A stretch of 63,676 bases of DNA, filler included, from Octopus bimaculoides (GCF_001194135.2; 4 parts of 4 records of this genome joined end to end with filler, not necessarily neighbours in it), one strand, 5' to 3'; positions 10,497-22,416 are shown, numbered from the whole stretch's first letter. Notes: generated by a model not told the origin, from the sequence alone. Made by a program: numbers and translations.

Positions 10497-11014
10497 CTTC
10501 AGAGAGACTTTCTTGGCTCGGTGATACTCTCTTTTAGCCAACAGCTCCTCAGAGTTTTAAAATTTCTGGCCATCCAGAGAATATTGTTTGGATTTTGAAG
10601 CTATGGGTTGCAATCAATTGTGAAATAACCAAACAGAGAAATGGGTGGTACAGAAGCTGTAGTGAGACTGCAGGCAGTTGGAGTAGGCTTAATTCCCGCA
10701 AGTAGAATCTCTCAAGAGAAGAGTAGTGCTTAAGGAAGTTTTTGTCCCAGGGTGACATCACAACAAAAGTTTGGGGTGACAGAGAATGTGACAGTCAAAA
10801 TAATCAATCGAAAATTATACTGACTACTTCCATCAGTTAATTCTACGTTATTTTGTTAATTTTACAAGTTAATTTCTTGTTATCTTGCTGAATTTACAAA
10901 TTATGCAGTGTTTGGAACATGGTATATGTTCTGTTATGTGTTTAGAACACAGTCTATGCTCTGTAAAATTTGATCGTTAATAATTTCACTTAGCACTGCA
11001 GTAAGTAGTACATA

Positions 11015-11425
11015 CAAGGTGCATTCTGTAAGTTTTGAGACTTTTACAGGAAAGGCATTTTTTTAATTTCAAAAAGGTCCAAAACTCTTATCCTTTTCTA
11101 AGTAGGATCCACCGACTTCATTGCACTTGCTGTAGTGCTCCAGCCACTTTGTGAAGGGCTTCCATGAAAGTCCTCCAAAGTGAAGGTGTCCAGGACACGT
11201 GTCACATTCTTTCATCTCTTTCAACTTGGGGAAGGACCAAAAGTCACAGGGAACAAGGTCTGGATTTTAGGAAGAGCGAGGAATACTTTTGATGCCCATC
11301 TCTGTGAAAAGTAGTTGGTTACCAGGATGGAATTGTGAACAGGTGCATTGTCCTGGTGCAGGTACTTTGATATGGCAAACTGTGATGCTCTCTGGGAAGC
11401 CCTCAACAAATCTGGGTGGTGCCCC
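11015..11425 (-). mobile_element. Mariner 3' remnant
   Basis: HQDNAPVHNSILVTNY motif and degenerate PYSPDLAPCDFW; TA at the element end. Confidence 0.8.
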
Positions 11426-11429
11426 CAAA

Positions 11430-11665
11430 AAGATGGTCAGAGAAATGAGATGGTATGATGGCCTCTGTGGGGTGGAAGGTGGTTCAGCTTTTTATACATT
11501 CCTTATGAAGAATGGAACCAAGCAGGGTTGTGTAATGGCCATTGTCTTGTTTGCAGTTTACTTCTCAGCCCTGCTACATTCAGAGATGTTAACAAAGGTG
11601 CGCTTATCCAGTTTAGGACAGATGGAAACATTTTGAATCCACACCGCCTGGGAGCCAGACCCCGA
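11430..11665 (+). mobile_element. RTE-clade LINE reverse transcriptase fragment
   Basis: NGTKQGCVMAIVLFAVYFS followed by IQFRTDGNILN. Confidence 0.75.
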
Positions 11666-11712
11666 ACGATAAGGCTTCATTCTGGAAATGTAAACGTCAT
11701 TTTATGGGTCAA

Positions 11713-11930
11713 GGCTTAGTGGTCAGGGTGTTGGACTCATGATAGTAATATTGTGGTTTTGATCCCTGGACTGAGTGATGCATTGCGTTCTTGAGCAAGA
11801 CATTTCATTTCATGTTGCTCCAGACCACTCAGCTGGTAAAAATGAGTAATCCTGCGACAGACCGGCATCCTGTCTAAGGAAGAATACATATGCCAGAGAA
11901 ACCAGGAAACTGCACCTATGTTCCTTACAG
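11713..11930 (+). mobile_element. tRNA-derived SINE, family E
   Basis: ggcttagtggtcaggg head and ttgagcaagacatttcatttc core; relatives at 23430-23690 and 53095-53378 (minus). Confidence 0.65.
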
Positions 11931-12069
11931 AGTAATGTGGACTTAGCAAATGTCATTTTTTGTCTCTCTGCCAAACAATCATCCAGTCTATCAGATGCCA
12001 CTGTTATAATCTGTGATGCCTCCAAGTTGCCTGTCTTGTTGGAAAACTATATTAGTAATTGTTACTTTT

Positions 12070-12900
12070 AACTTTCTGTGTTTTTCCAGGAGGAGGTGAC
12101 CATTAAGGTTCTGCCTTCCAGTGTAATTCTTTGCTGGTACTTTCTTCTGTGTAGAGTCATCCTTATCAATTTAGGCATTGAAGCCTTCCAGGAGGATTAG
12201 CTTTGGTGCGTGCATTGACAGACAGCTCAACCAACACACTAACCGAACCACGTATTTACAAACACCGGGAACTTTCTTGACTCAAAAAGTCTTGTCGCTT
12301 TGTTAGCAACCAGCTTCAACTCTCTCAGGAAGAACTTGACTATGAGCCCTCTCGTACCTCTGGTATTGGTGCTTTTCCTTGACAGACTACTCCAGCAATC
12401 TCATGAAGTTTCCATTTTCTGTCACACTTTATGGTCTTGTTGTTGCGTCTGACTTTCTCATTCTCAGCCATAAGCAATGTGGTGATTGCTCTTGTTTTTG
12501 CGGTTTTGAATTCCTCTGCTACCGAGGAAATTAGTTTGTGGAGCTTAGAGAGGTCTTACTGAACAAACAGAGCTGAAATTTGGGGCAATGCTTAGCCATC
12601 TTCATATGAGCTTACTACACAGCTTTTCCATTGCCTGTGTCCAAGTCTTTAAAAAGTTATAAAGTGAAAATGGCCACTGCAGTCTAGGTATGATGTCATA
12701 CTGGAAACACCATACTTTGAACCTTCCAAACAACTGGCTTTTATCAACTGCCATTCGCTGGTTGTCTAGTTCGGTTTTGGTGTCTTCAGCATTACCAGTA
12801 TCCTTAAGAGTATGATAGCAGACTCCTTTTTCTTGGAGTGTTGGAACCCCAGAGCCCTGAAGGTGTCATCTTCAGCTTTCTTTTTAAGGAAACTTTTCAA
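12070..12900 (-). mobile_element. Non-LTR retrotransposon fragment, HERO/NeSL-like (REL type), post-RT region
   Basis: VDKSQLFGRFKVWCFQYDIIPRLQWPFSLY...RWL...SSVAEEFKTAK matches the IDKSGLPGKFKxWxYQHGxLPRxxWP pattern recalled for this clade. Confidence 0.65.
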
Positions 12901-13099
12901 GCTTTCATTTCATATTTCAAAAAAATATTCAAACAGTGAAAATTTCAAAAGAAAACCAGATTTAATAGTTTTATCAGTTGATGATCAGAAATGAATAACT
13001 CTGACCACTGGCTATTGGAACCTTTCTGTTATAATGTATTAAAGAATGCTCTAACTTTGTATTGTGTCCTGTAATTTATTGCTTCTGATAAATCAACAG

Positions 13100-13226
13100 A
13101 TATGGATCAAAACAGTTTGATTGAAATTTCTTGGTGATACTAATCCTCAGCTATTGAAAGTTTCAAATTTCCATCACGCTTTGAAATTCGGAGTACCAAG
13201 GAATATCAAACTGTTTTGATCCATAT
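13100..13226. mobile_element. Small MITE with 22-bp perfect TIRs
   Basis: atatggatcaaaacagtttgat pairs with atcaaactgttttgatccatat. Confidence 0.8.
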
Positions 13227-13557
13227 ATATAACTCCCAATAAATGTATTGAGTGCCCATCTTTCATTTGTCCACTCACTCGTATATGTATATCAGGCTGA
13301 GTAGAAAGTAAGCAACGTTTTGAAACATGAAATTCATCACAATATATTTCAAATACAAAGACTCACACGCATATATATATATACAAATAAAAGGGTAAAG
13401 GATTATCAATTTATTAATTAATTAATAATTAATAATTTTTACCAAGCCCTTCGGTATGTAAACACCATTATTTGTGAAGAACTTATTTAAAAGTTCTTAT
13501 ACATTTATAAACATAATTAAGGGATCAGCAACAGCTGCTTATCCCTTAATTATGTGT

Positions 13558-13715
13558 ATCATCATCATCGTTTAACGTCCGCTTTCCATGCTAGCATGGG
13601 TTGGACGATTTGACTGAGGACTGGTGAAACCGGATGGCAACACCAGGCTCCAATCTAATTTGGCAGAGTTTCTACAGCTGGATGCCCTTCCTAACGCCAA
13701 CCACTCAGAGAGTGT
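13558..13715 (-). mobile_element. 5'-truncated SINE family C
   Basis: Near-identical to about 9859-10016. Confidence 0.9.
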
Positions 13716-13984
13716 ATATATATATATATATTATAATATTAGGGATAAAAATCCTTGAACTCTACATCTTTCCCATCTGGATGTTCTTCAAGTCCTCAAA
13801 CAAAGACAACACTTTCTCTTGAATGATTTCTTGGCTAATAGTAGCACATTGACGATTCAGCCTATCAATCCAAAGAGAAAGAAGACTTTCCATTTCTTCA
13901 AATATTTGCCTCTTTTCTTATAGGTTACAGTGTTCTTCACCCCTGGAGCTTCAGATTTGACATGTGCTAAAATCTATGTATATA

Positions 13985-14161
13985 TATACGTGTGTGTGTG
14001 TGTGTGAGCATTTCTTTGTAATGGACAGCAGAAACGCATGTGAACACCTGTTGTCAACTTACCAATGTATGTATGTATGTATATACGTGTGTTTGTGTGA
14101 GCATTTCTTTGTGATGGACAGCTGAAACGCAGCATGTGAACACCTGTTGCCAACTTACCAA
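13985..14161. repeat. About 95-bp tandem duplication
   Basis: gtgagcatttctttgt...gtgaacacctgttg(t/c)caacttaccaa occurs twice. Confidence 0.8.
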
Positions 14162-14383
14162 CCCTCTCTCTCTCTCTCCTAAAAACTACGTATTCTTCAC
14201 ATCCATCTTTCTTTCCCTTTGGTATTTTAATTTACTTATTGGTGTGTGTCTATGTATTCATATGCATGCAGCGCCCATCATAATATATTTTCATCTTTCA
14301 CCACAAAGCTCCGCCCACTGTTTGGAAATTTCCAAATTTAGATTCTTTCATTCAACTTCTATTTTACTCCTCTCATTCAAGTT

Positions 14384-14496
14384 CTAGCGTAACTAGACTG
14401 TGTGCCACCCGGGCCGGACCCCACAAAAAAATACATATTGCCTAGACCCAAATGTGCCACCCGGGGGCCTACCGCCCCACCCCCTAACTACGCTAG
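14384..14496. mobile_element. GC-rich mini-MITE
   Basis: TIR ctagcgtaactag / ctaactacgctag; internal direct repeat tgtgccacccggg. Confidence 0.6.
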
Positions 14497-14609
14497 TGCC
14501 TCACACCTTCCTTATACAACAGCAAAAATAACCCAACGATAGTCAAGAGTTTCAGAAGTTATAACATCAAATTATTTCCCATCATCCCTTTACACACCAA
14601 CACCCTATT

Positions 14610-14725
14610 TGTTATGCCACGTCACCTACTGCTGCCGTTTCCACCCACGTTAACAGCAGGTCGTGATACTGACAACCTCAACCAATCACCAATATGATTA
14701 TAATTGGCTCAGAAATCACTTCCAA
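14610..14725 (+). promoter_or_regulatory. Candidate promoter of the DUF229 gene
   Basis: ACGTCA at 14619, CCAAT at 14682 and 14689, ATTGG at 14703, TCACTTCC at 14716; donor-like AAG/gtaata at 14868; acceptor tttttacctgtttcag ending at 15567. Confidence 0.4.
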
Positions 14726-15424
14726 ACTATGTCTTGACCATAACATGCATGGATATCTTACTGAATGCAACACATTTCTCCAGACTCTTCGATTATTTTC
14801 TTTCTTGCATTTGAAGAGCGGGTTTTTTTCTTGAAATATTATAAAGCTATTAAACAACCTATGTAAGGTAATAATACAATATCCTTTTCTTTCTTATCGT
14901 TTATTGACATCAACTCATATATTTTGATCAACAAGTCATCGACATTGCTCTAAGATTTTCAAGCATTTATCTCTTTTATACATACTGTAATGCTTCAAGT
15001 AAATTACAATACACCTTCACACATTGTGTGTATATGCGTGAGCATGCATTTTCACGTGTGTTTAAATATATGTGTATATGCTTGGACAGATATATATATG
15101 TATATACAAGCGTTTGTGAATATAGTTATGTTTATGTTCAGGGTGTTCAGACTAAGTTTGACAGTTTGCGTAAAAGGAAAAAAAAACACAATGTCACATC
15201 CAAAAATTAAAGTATTATAAAAAATCAAAATCATATTCAACAAGATTGTGATTGAGAGGTAAGTTTTGTAGCGTACACTCGATTGAAATCCTTCTCTCCC
15301 CTTTATTATATAAACGTGCATTCGAACGTAGCAGGTAACAGCTAGCCTTTGGCCGCTATTTGGACCCAGTTGTGTCCACTACTCTGATTGGTTGGTATTG
15401 GCGCAATTTGTCTCTTACTCTGTC

Positions 15425-15490
15425 GCGGTCTGGGAATCGAAACCGCGATCCTATGACCGCTGCCCTAACCACTGGGCCATTGCGCCTCCA
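15425..15490 (-). mobile_element. Isolated head of SINE family B
   Basis: Reverse complement of ggaggcgcaatggcccagtggttagggcagcggtcataggatcgcggtttcgattcccagacc. Confidence 0.8.
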
Positions 15491-15594
15491 CCATAGCAAT
15501 TAAATACAATGCATAACACATTTCATTGTTTTAAATGATATAAATAAGTCATTTTTACCTGTTTCAGATTTTCTACAAATTAGTTACGAAAGAA

Positions 15595-17520
15595 ATGGAC
15601 AAAAAGATAGTGATCCCAATTTTGTCTATGTGCACCGTTATTTCCATGTATGTTGTATGGAAGTTTTTTCTGAACAGTGGCAATATTAAACAAGTAGTCG
15701 AAATGCACCTTAAATACTTGGTTGATTCGGAACAGTGTCGGATTCCCAATATTAATCCATTCGATACTTCTGTACGTAAACATTTCCGGATAAGTAAATG
15801 GCGACCCTGTCCGGGTAACGCTTCTTTGACGTATCAGGAGAATAATATTTTAAGAATTAATAAGACTGTTATCAAACAACAATACAAAAACGATTATCCT
15901 TTATGTAAAATATATCCAATATTGAGACTTGATATTGACGATGATCATATCGAATATATGAACGAATCCTTACAGTTTAAAGAAGACGTGAATATATCTC
16001 ATGAATTCATAAAAGTTCAATGTTTTGATAGAGATAATAAAAAAATCTATGTCAATTTCCATGCCTTTGTTCAGATGAAGGAATTACCGCACGCAGATAG
16101 ATCGAATAATACCTATGACAATGCCATTATCTCCTCAGATGATTCTGTGAAAAACAGTCACTCTACAAATTCCGTTGATAAAGAAAACAAGCTTTCATTA
16201 AATGTTCTTTTAATAGGAGTTGATTCAGTTTCGCGACTGAACTTCATACGACAAATGTCACTAACTCGTCGATTCTTATTAGATCATGGAGCTATTGAGA
16301 TGCTTGGTTACAATAAAGTGGCTGATAATACATATTCCAACATGATACCATTTCTTACTGGTAAATATGAAGACGAACTACCTGAATCAAAGAACCTAGA
16401 TTTGATACCGTTTGATGAATACGATATAATTTGGAAACATTACAATAAATCCGGTTACGTTACTATGTTTACAGAAGATTCAACATCTGGAGCCATGTTT
16501 AACTATCTAAAATTCGGTTTTAAGAAACAACCGACAGACCATTACTTCAGGCCATTTGCACTAGAAAGAGAGAAAGAACATAGCTTTTGGTCAAATAATG
16601 GGTTTTGTTTTGGTAATCGTATGGAAGTAGCTATTAATTTACAATATACATATGATTTTATTAGAGTCTATAAAGATAAACCATATTTCACTTTAACATT
16701 CATCACACGCATTTCACATGATGACATGAATAAGGCTGGACGAGGAGACTTTGAATATCTAAAGTTCCTTCAGAAATCTTCTAATCAAAATCTACTAAAC
16801 AATACTATTTTGTTTTTCTTTTCTGATCATGGATTTAGATATGGCCAGTTTCGTGAAACTTATGTCGGTCGACTGGAAGAACGGCTTCCTACTATGTATG
16901 TACTTCCGCCTGAATGGTTCAGGGATAAATTTCCTACTTTATGGAATAATCTTAGAGTAAACACTCACAGACTAACAACACCGTTTGATATATATGAAAC
17001 CCTACAAGATATCTTGGATATCGAAAAAGCAGAAGAACGTTCTAAATCTAATGAAGTTGACAATAAAAATCTAATACGAATCAGCCTCTTCAGAAAGATA
17101 CCTTTAAACCGTTCTTGTGAGAGCGCCGCTATTAAACCACATTGGTGTACGTGTCACTTCTTTACTTCAGTTGCTGTTAATAATACAATTGTAATTATCG
17201 TAGCTAATTATCTCGTGAGTTATATAAACAATATGATATTAAATTCTAGTAAATTGTGTGCCAAATTAGAATTACAGAAAATTATAAATGCTGAAGTCTC
17301 AGTTTCTTACTTTGGTAACCAAGTACAGACTCATAAAGATTACCGAGTTATAATCCAAACACATCCTGGAGGAGGTTTATTTGAAGGAACAGAAAGATAT
17401 TACAGTAATGATAAACAATTATCACTGATGGGAGAGATTAGTCGAATAAACCGCTATGGAAATCAGTCAGATTGTATTCACGACAATCTCTTAAGAAAAT
17501 ATTGCTACTGTAACAGATAG
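15595..17520 (+). CDS. DUF229 family protein (alkaline phosphatase/sulfatase-like fold), 641 aa, N-terminal signal anchor, whole CDS in one exon
   Basis: Long intact ORF with NVLLIGVDSVSRLNF, GYNKVADNT, FFSDHG, GRLEERLP, RLTTPFDIYETL and CxxAAIxPHWCTC motifs; hydrophobic residues 5-25; acceptor 27 nt before the ATG. Confidence 0.92.
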   Translation: MDKKIVIPILSMCTVISMYVVWKFFLNSGNIKQVVEMHLKYLVDSEQCRIPNINPFDTSVRKHFRISKWRPCPGNASLTYQENNILRINKTVIKQQYKNDYPLCKIYPILRLDIDDDHIEYMNESLQFKEDVNISHEFIKVQCFDRDNKKIYVNFHAFVQMKELPHADRSNNTYDNAIISSDDSVKNSHSTNSVDKENKLSLNVLLIGVDSVSRLNFIRQMSLTRRFLLDHGAIEMLGYNKVADNTYSNMIPFLTGKYEDELPESKNLDLIPFDEYDIIWKHYNKSGYVTMFTEDSTSGAMFNYLKFGFKKQPTDHYFRPFALEREKEHSFWSNNGFCFGNRMEVAINLQYTYDFIRVYKDKPYFTLTFITRISHDDMNKAGRGDFEYLKFLQKSSNQNLLNNTILFFFSDHGFRYGQFRETYVGRLEERLPTMYVLPPEWFRDKFPTLWNNLRVNTHRLTTPFDIYETLQDILDIEKAEERSKSNEVDNKNLIRISLFRKIPLNRSCESAAIKPHWCTCHFFTSVAVNNTIVIIVANYLVSYINNMILNSSKLCAKLELQKIINAEVSVSYFGNQVQTHKDYRVIIQTHPGGGLFEGTERYYSNDKQLSLMGEISRINRYGNQSDCIHDNLLRKYCYCNR

Positions 17521-17743
17521 CATTGCAATATTTCACTTCTAGCATACTTGTTTCATCAAATATGCTGGCAGTTTTTATTTAATGATAGAAAATGGTATAT
17601 CGACACAATGGGAGAAACCATTGCTAAATGTCTTTAATCTAGTAAATATATGGACATACAAAGAATTGAAGCACTTGAGGAATATCAGATACAGTTGTGC
17701 CGTCTCGGTTGAAAATATCGTACATATAATGTATGTATGTGTG

Positions 17744-17777
<34 letters not shown>

Positions 17778-17989
17778 TTGTTCATATGATGATATCTCCA
17801 CAATGTGTTGATGATGAGAAAAACATGTAATCGTTACCAATATAGCAAGAGATTCATCCGCAAAAAATCTAAAGTAGACTCCTTAAGAATCGTTCTCCTT
17901 GGTTATATATCCAAAATNNNNNNNNNNTATATATATATACATATATATATATATATACATATATATATAACCCATTCTCCCTGTACATA

Positions 17990-19035
17990 GAAAATGACTG
18001 GAAAAGATATTTAAAGGACTGTTTCATTCTTTGCCACAAAAGTATAATAGAGAGACTTAAAGAATTTCAAGCACTTCTGAATGGACTTGACATAAACATT
18101 CAATTTACGATGGAATACAGCCACGAACAATTTCCATTCCTCAACATCCTCGTTAAGAAATCCAACAACAAAACAGAAACATGCATCTACTGTAAGTCCA
18201 CGGACTCCAAGTAATATCTGCCACCCAAAACACACTAGAATATGGCAAAAAGGATTTGTACCATAGTATCTGATACAAGCACCAGGAACACTCATAAGCA
18301 GGGACTACCCATCATTACTAATTGATATAGGCTTTCAATGTGCCCCACAACTCAGCATCCATGTATTCAGATGCCCCATACTGAAGAAGGATTTAGAACC
18401 AAGTCTTACCATACATATCCATGCACAACCCCTTAAACATCCTCCAGAATATCTCTTTACTAAAAAGGGACCATAGGATGGATCAAATCCTCCAAACGCA
18501 CACCATAAAGAGCAGAAGACGACCCACGTCAATGAAAAGTCTTCTAACACAGGCCCAAGTACACTCGTCAACAACATCAAAACCGATAGTAAAAAGAATT
18601 GCTGAAGACCTAACTGTGGTATATGTGTCAACATAATTGAAGAATTGGAATTCTCCTTCAAACAGGGTCAACGCTTTACAAAGTAAAAAAAAAAATTCGG
18701 AGAACCTAATATATGTATTAACTTGCTCAAGGTGTCAAGAACAATATATCTGTCAAACAAAAAACAGTCTTCGCCATGGATATTTGCGCCACTAAAGAAC
18801 AACCCAACTTCAGAATTTTTCCCTTCTGTAAATTCAAAGACAATGCAACCTGTAATCAGTGCATTAGCAAAAAGGCATATTTTATCGAAAATATAAATCT
18901 ATTTTGAATGCCGCCACCACCACAGATGAAACTACTACAAGAATTTAGAACAATTCCAATAACAACAGGTCACTTTTAGGTCATTTGACCATTAAAGAAG
19001 ATTCCACGAACAATTTACTGTGTCACAACGCTCCT
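17990..19035 (+). mobile_element. Decayed Penelope-like element (RT C-terminus plus GIY-YIG endonuclease)
   Basis: WKRYLKDCFIL...LNGLDINIQFTMEYSHEQFPFLNILV...IYCKSTDS, then NLIYVLTCSRCQEQYICQTKNSLRH at about 18703-18778. Confidence 0.88.
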
Positions 19036-19694
19036 GTATTTTTTCTTCTCTTTTCTTTTCTTTCTCCTTCTCCCTCTTCTTTCCCAGGTCCTATTTCTCT
19101 TCCTCCTTCATCTTCTCCTCCTCCTCTTCTTCCTTCTTCTTTTTTTTAAAACTAATTGTTATTAAATAAAAATTACAAGAAAAATTTCCGTCGCATGCTG
19201 TTTTAGTGGTGGTGGTGGAGAAACACATTTCAGAGTAGTACGGATGATACTAGTAAGATGTAAGTTATTTCCCTTGTNNNNNNNNNNNNNNNNNNNNNNN
19301 NNNNNNNNNNNNNNNNNNNNNNNNNNNNNNNNNNNNNNNNNNNNNNNNNNNNNNNNNNNNNNNNNNNNNNNNNNNNNNNNNNNNNNNNNNNNNNNNNNNN
19401 NNNNNNNNNNNNNNNNNNNNNNNNNNNNNNNNNNNNNNNNNNNNNNNNNNNNNNNNNNNNNNNNNNNNNNNNNNNNNNNNNNNNNNNNNNNNNNNNNNNN
19501 NNNNNNNNNNNNNNNNNNNNNNNNNNNNNNNNNNNNNNNNNNNNNNNNNNNNNNNNNNNNNNNNNNNNNNNNNNNNNNNNNNNNNNNNNNNNNNNNNNNN
19601 NNNNNNNNNNNNNNNNNNNNNNNNNNNNNNNNNNNNNNNNNNNNNNNNNNNNNNNNNNNNNNNNNNNNNNNNNNNNNNNNNNNNNNNNNNNNNN

Positions 19695-19808
19695 CTGTGG
19701 AGTGCTCAGCCACTATCTGCACGTTAATTTCACGAGCAGCAGTCTGTTCCGTTGATCGGATCAACTGGAACCCTCGTCGTCGTAAGCGACGGAGTGCCAA
19801 CAACAATA
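19695..19808 (+). mobile_element. 3' end of SINE family B emerging from a gap
   Basis: ctgtggagtgctcagcc...cggagtgccaacaacaa. Confidence 0.85.
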
Positions 19809-20042
19809 ATACTGGAAGTCTGACCTAGGGTTAAAGAAAATGAATATTTGTACATTCAAATTAAATTGGTGCCTTTTTTTAGTAAATGTTTTGATTTTTA
19901 TGATTGAATGTGACCACAGTCACACACACAGATATCCATATATACTGACATAAACACAGGCAATAGACATCCATATATACATACACATCTACATAAATAG
20001 ACATACACAGACACGCACACAGACATCCACATATACATACTG

Positions 20043-20307
20043 GGGATCTTTATGGTTTGACGGGCAACATTTTTCATTTATGTTTTATGTTGTGTTTTTG
20101 GTACCGAAACACTTTCAAACTTCGTATACTTGTATATTTTGTATTACAGAACAGACAAACAATTTTGACACATTCTATCAGTANNNNNNNNNNGTATATT
20201 TTGTATTACAGAACAGACAAACAATTTTGACACATTCTATCAGTATCCCAAGTTTGAAAGTGTTTCGTTAAGAAAACAAATGTTGCCCGTCAAACCATAA
20301 AGATCCC
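20043..20307. mobile_element. MITE with 30-bp perfect TIRs and an inner 18-bp inverted repeat
   Basis: gggatctttatggtttgacgggcaacattt pairs with aaatgttgcccgtcaaaccataaagatccc; cgaaacactttcaaactt pairs with aagtttgaaagtgtttcg. Confidence 0.88.
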
Positions 20308-21039
20308 ATACAAGTAGACACACACATGCATACGTTCTCCCTCTCTCTCTCTCACTTATTATATATCGCTCTCTACTTTTAATCTCCGTCTCTCTATCAC
20401 TTCTTACTCTATCGTTTCATTTAGTTTCACTCTCCTTACCTCTCTCACTTCATTCATTACCTTTTTTTCCCCCACCTTCCCTTCTCTATTCTCTCTCTTT
20501 CCTCTAACACACATTATTATTATTATTATTATTGTTGTTGTTGTTGTTATCCCTTTTCTCTTTCTGCCATTCGTTCGTTCATTCATTCATTCATTCATTC
20601 AACATCTGTCTCTGGTCTCCGTCAGTCAAACTGGATGTTAACGTGATCAATTATCACCAATGACCAGGTAAGTTCGATTTTAATTCATACACATACACAC
20701 GCACGCACGCACACACACACACACACATACACATCTGTATGTACATGTATGTATATACACACACACATCGTTGCTATTACGCAAAAGTGTCGTAAGTCCA
20801 CAACGTTGGGGGTTTTTATTCCAGAAAACGAAAAAATAGTTTCACCATTGCATAGCAAAACCGTTGCACTACACTTGGACAATTTCTGATACCTTCGGAT
20901 CTGAAGCACCTGGAGAAACAAGATTAAATATTGGAAAAAAAAAAACGCATTTGGCAACATTTGGACATACGACAGTTTAACATAATAGCAACGCTATGTA
21001 TGCATGTATTATGAATGTATTTATGTATAAGTGAGTGGA

Positions 21040-21213
21040 TATGGTCTCACCTGTTACTTCTGCCAGCCAGCACACCTGTGCAGTATGTAATAAAATGTGT
21101 AAAACTTTGGCTGGGCTTAAAAGTCACATAAGGGCATCACATGGCATCAGTAATGAATCATTTTACTAAATCTTATTGGCAATGGCTTTTCTCGTGTAAC
21201 GAGGGCGCAGTTA

Positions 21214-21225
<12 letters not shown>
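21040..21225 (+). mobile_element. 3' end of an RTE-type LINE (terminal zinc finger)
   Basis: HTCAVCNKMCKTLAGLKSHIR resembles the CNVCSCVCLSRAGLISHQR terminus at 33480-33545. Confidence 0.65.
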
Positions 21226-21246
<21 letters not shown>

Positions 21247-21346
21247 NNNNNNNNNNNNNNNNNNNNNNNNNNNNNNNNNNNNNNNNNNNNTTAATTAATT
21301 AANNNNNNNNNNNNNNNNNNNNNNNNNNNNNNNNNNNNNNNNNNNN
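21247..21346. other. Artificial scaffold-join cassette N44-TTAATTAATTAA-N44 (also at 37361-37460 and 59042-59141)
   Basis: Three identical cassettes, each exactly 100 bp. Confidence 0.92.
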
Positions 21347-21403
<57 letters not shown>

Positions 21404-21817
21404 ATGTGTGTGTGTGTGTGTATGTATGTATATTTACATATATGCGTGTGTGTATGAATATAAGTATACGTGTATATATGTATATGTGTATGTATGTATG
21501 TATGTATGTGTATATGTATATAGAGCGAAAGAGAGACAGAGAGAGAGGGACACAGAGAAAGAGAGACACAGAGAGAGACACAGAGAGAGACAGAGAGAGA
21601 GAGAGAGAGACACAGAGAGAGAGAGACAGAGAGAGAGAGACAGAGAGAGAGACAGAGAGAGAGACACAGAGAGAGAGAGACACACACAGAGAGAGATAGA
21701 CAGAGAGAGAGAGAGACACAGAGTGAGAGAGACACAGAGAGAGAGACACAAAGAGAGAGACACAGAGAGAGAGACACAGAGAGAGAGAGACACAGAGAGA
21801 GAGGCACAGAGAGAGAG

Positions 21818-21864
<47 letters not shown>

Positions 21865-21885
21865 CAGACAGAGAGAGAGACAAGG
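21347..21885. repeat. Compound microsatellite (TG, TATG, AG/GAGACA)
   Basis: Direct inspection. Confidence 0.95.
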
Positions 21886-22374
21886 AAAGTGAGAATGAAA
21901 AAGAAGAAGGAAAGGAAGAACGGAAAAGAAGAATCTAGTCGTGTACTGAACTGGTTCCGTGATACCGAACAAATGACTTTGGCGGGATATGAATTAAGAA
22001 TTCAGAGGGCAAGAAGGACTACCGCAAGGCATTTTCGCTAACGCTTTAATGATTCTGCCAACTCCCCGCCTTACTAATACTACTACTACTACTAAGAAAT
22101 AAACAGAAGCAAACGTTTGATTTTTACCGTTCTTACCACTTGTCTAAATATAGAGAATGGGACGATATGATGCTGGTGGCGTATCTTCTAAGGAAATCTC
22201 ATTGAGAATATTCTATAGTAAACATGAAGATTTGAAGAACCTCATCACATCATCCCAGGAAAAACAATATGAAGAAACGCCCAGTAAATATATCCATTTG
22301 GCAATCTGTTTCGCACGACGTGCTTTCAATGCTCACACACAAATAAAAGCTGTTGTATATCTACATATATATAT

Positions 22375-22416
<42 letters not shown>

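Noticed and set aside
17582-17830. ORF downstream of the DUF229 gene
   Set aside because: AT-rich 3' UTR-like sequence running into a TA repeat, with no motif.
20615-20675. Plus-strand mini-exon ending CAG/gtaagt
   Set aside because: All three frames contain stops and no partner exon is evident.
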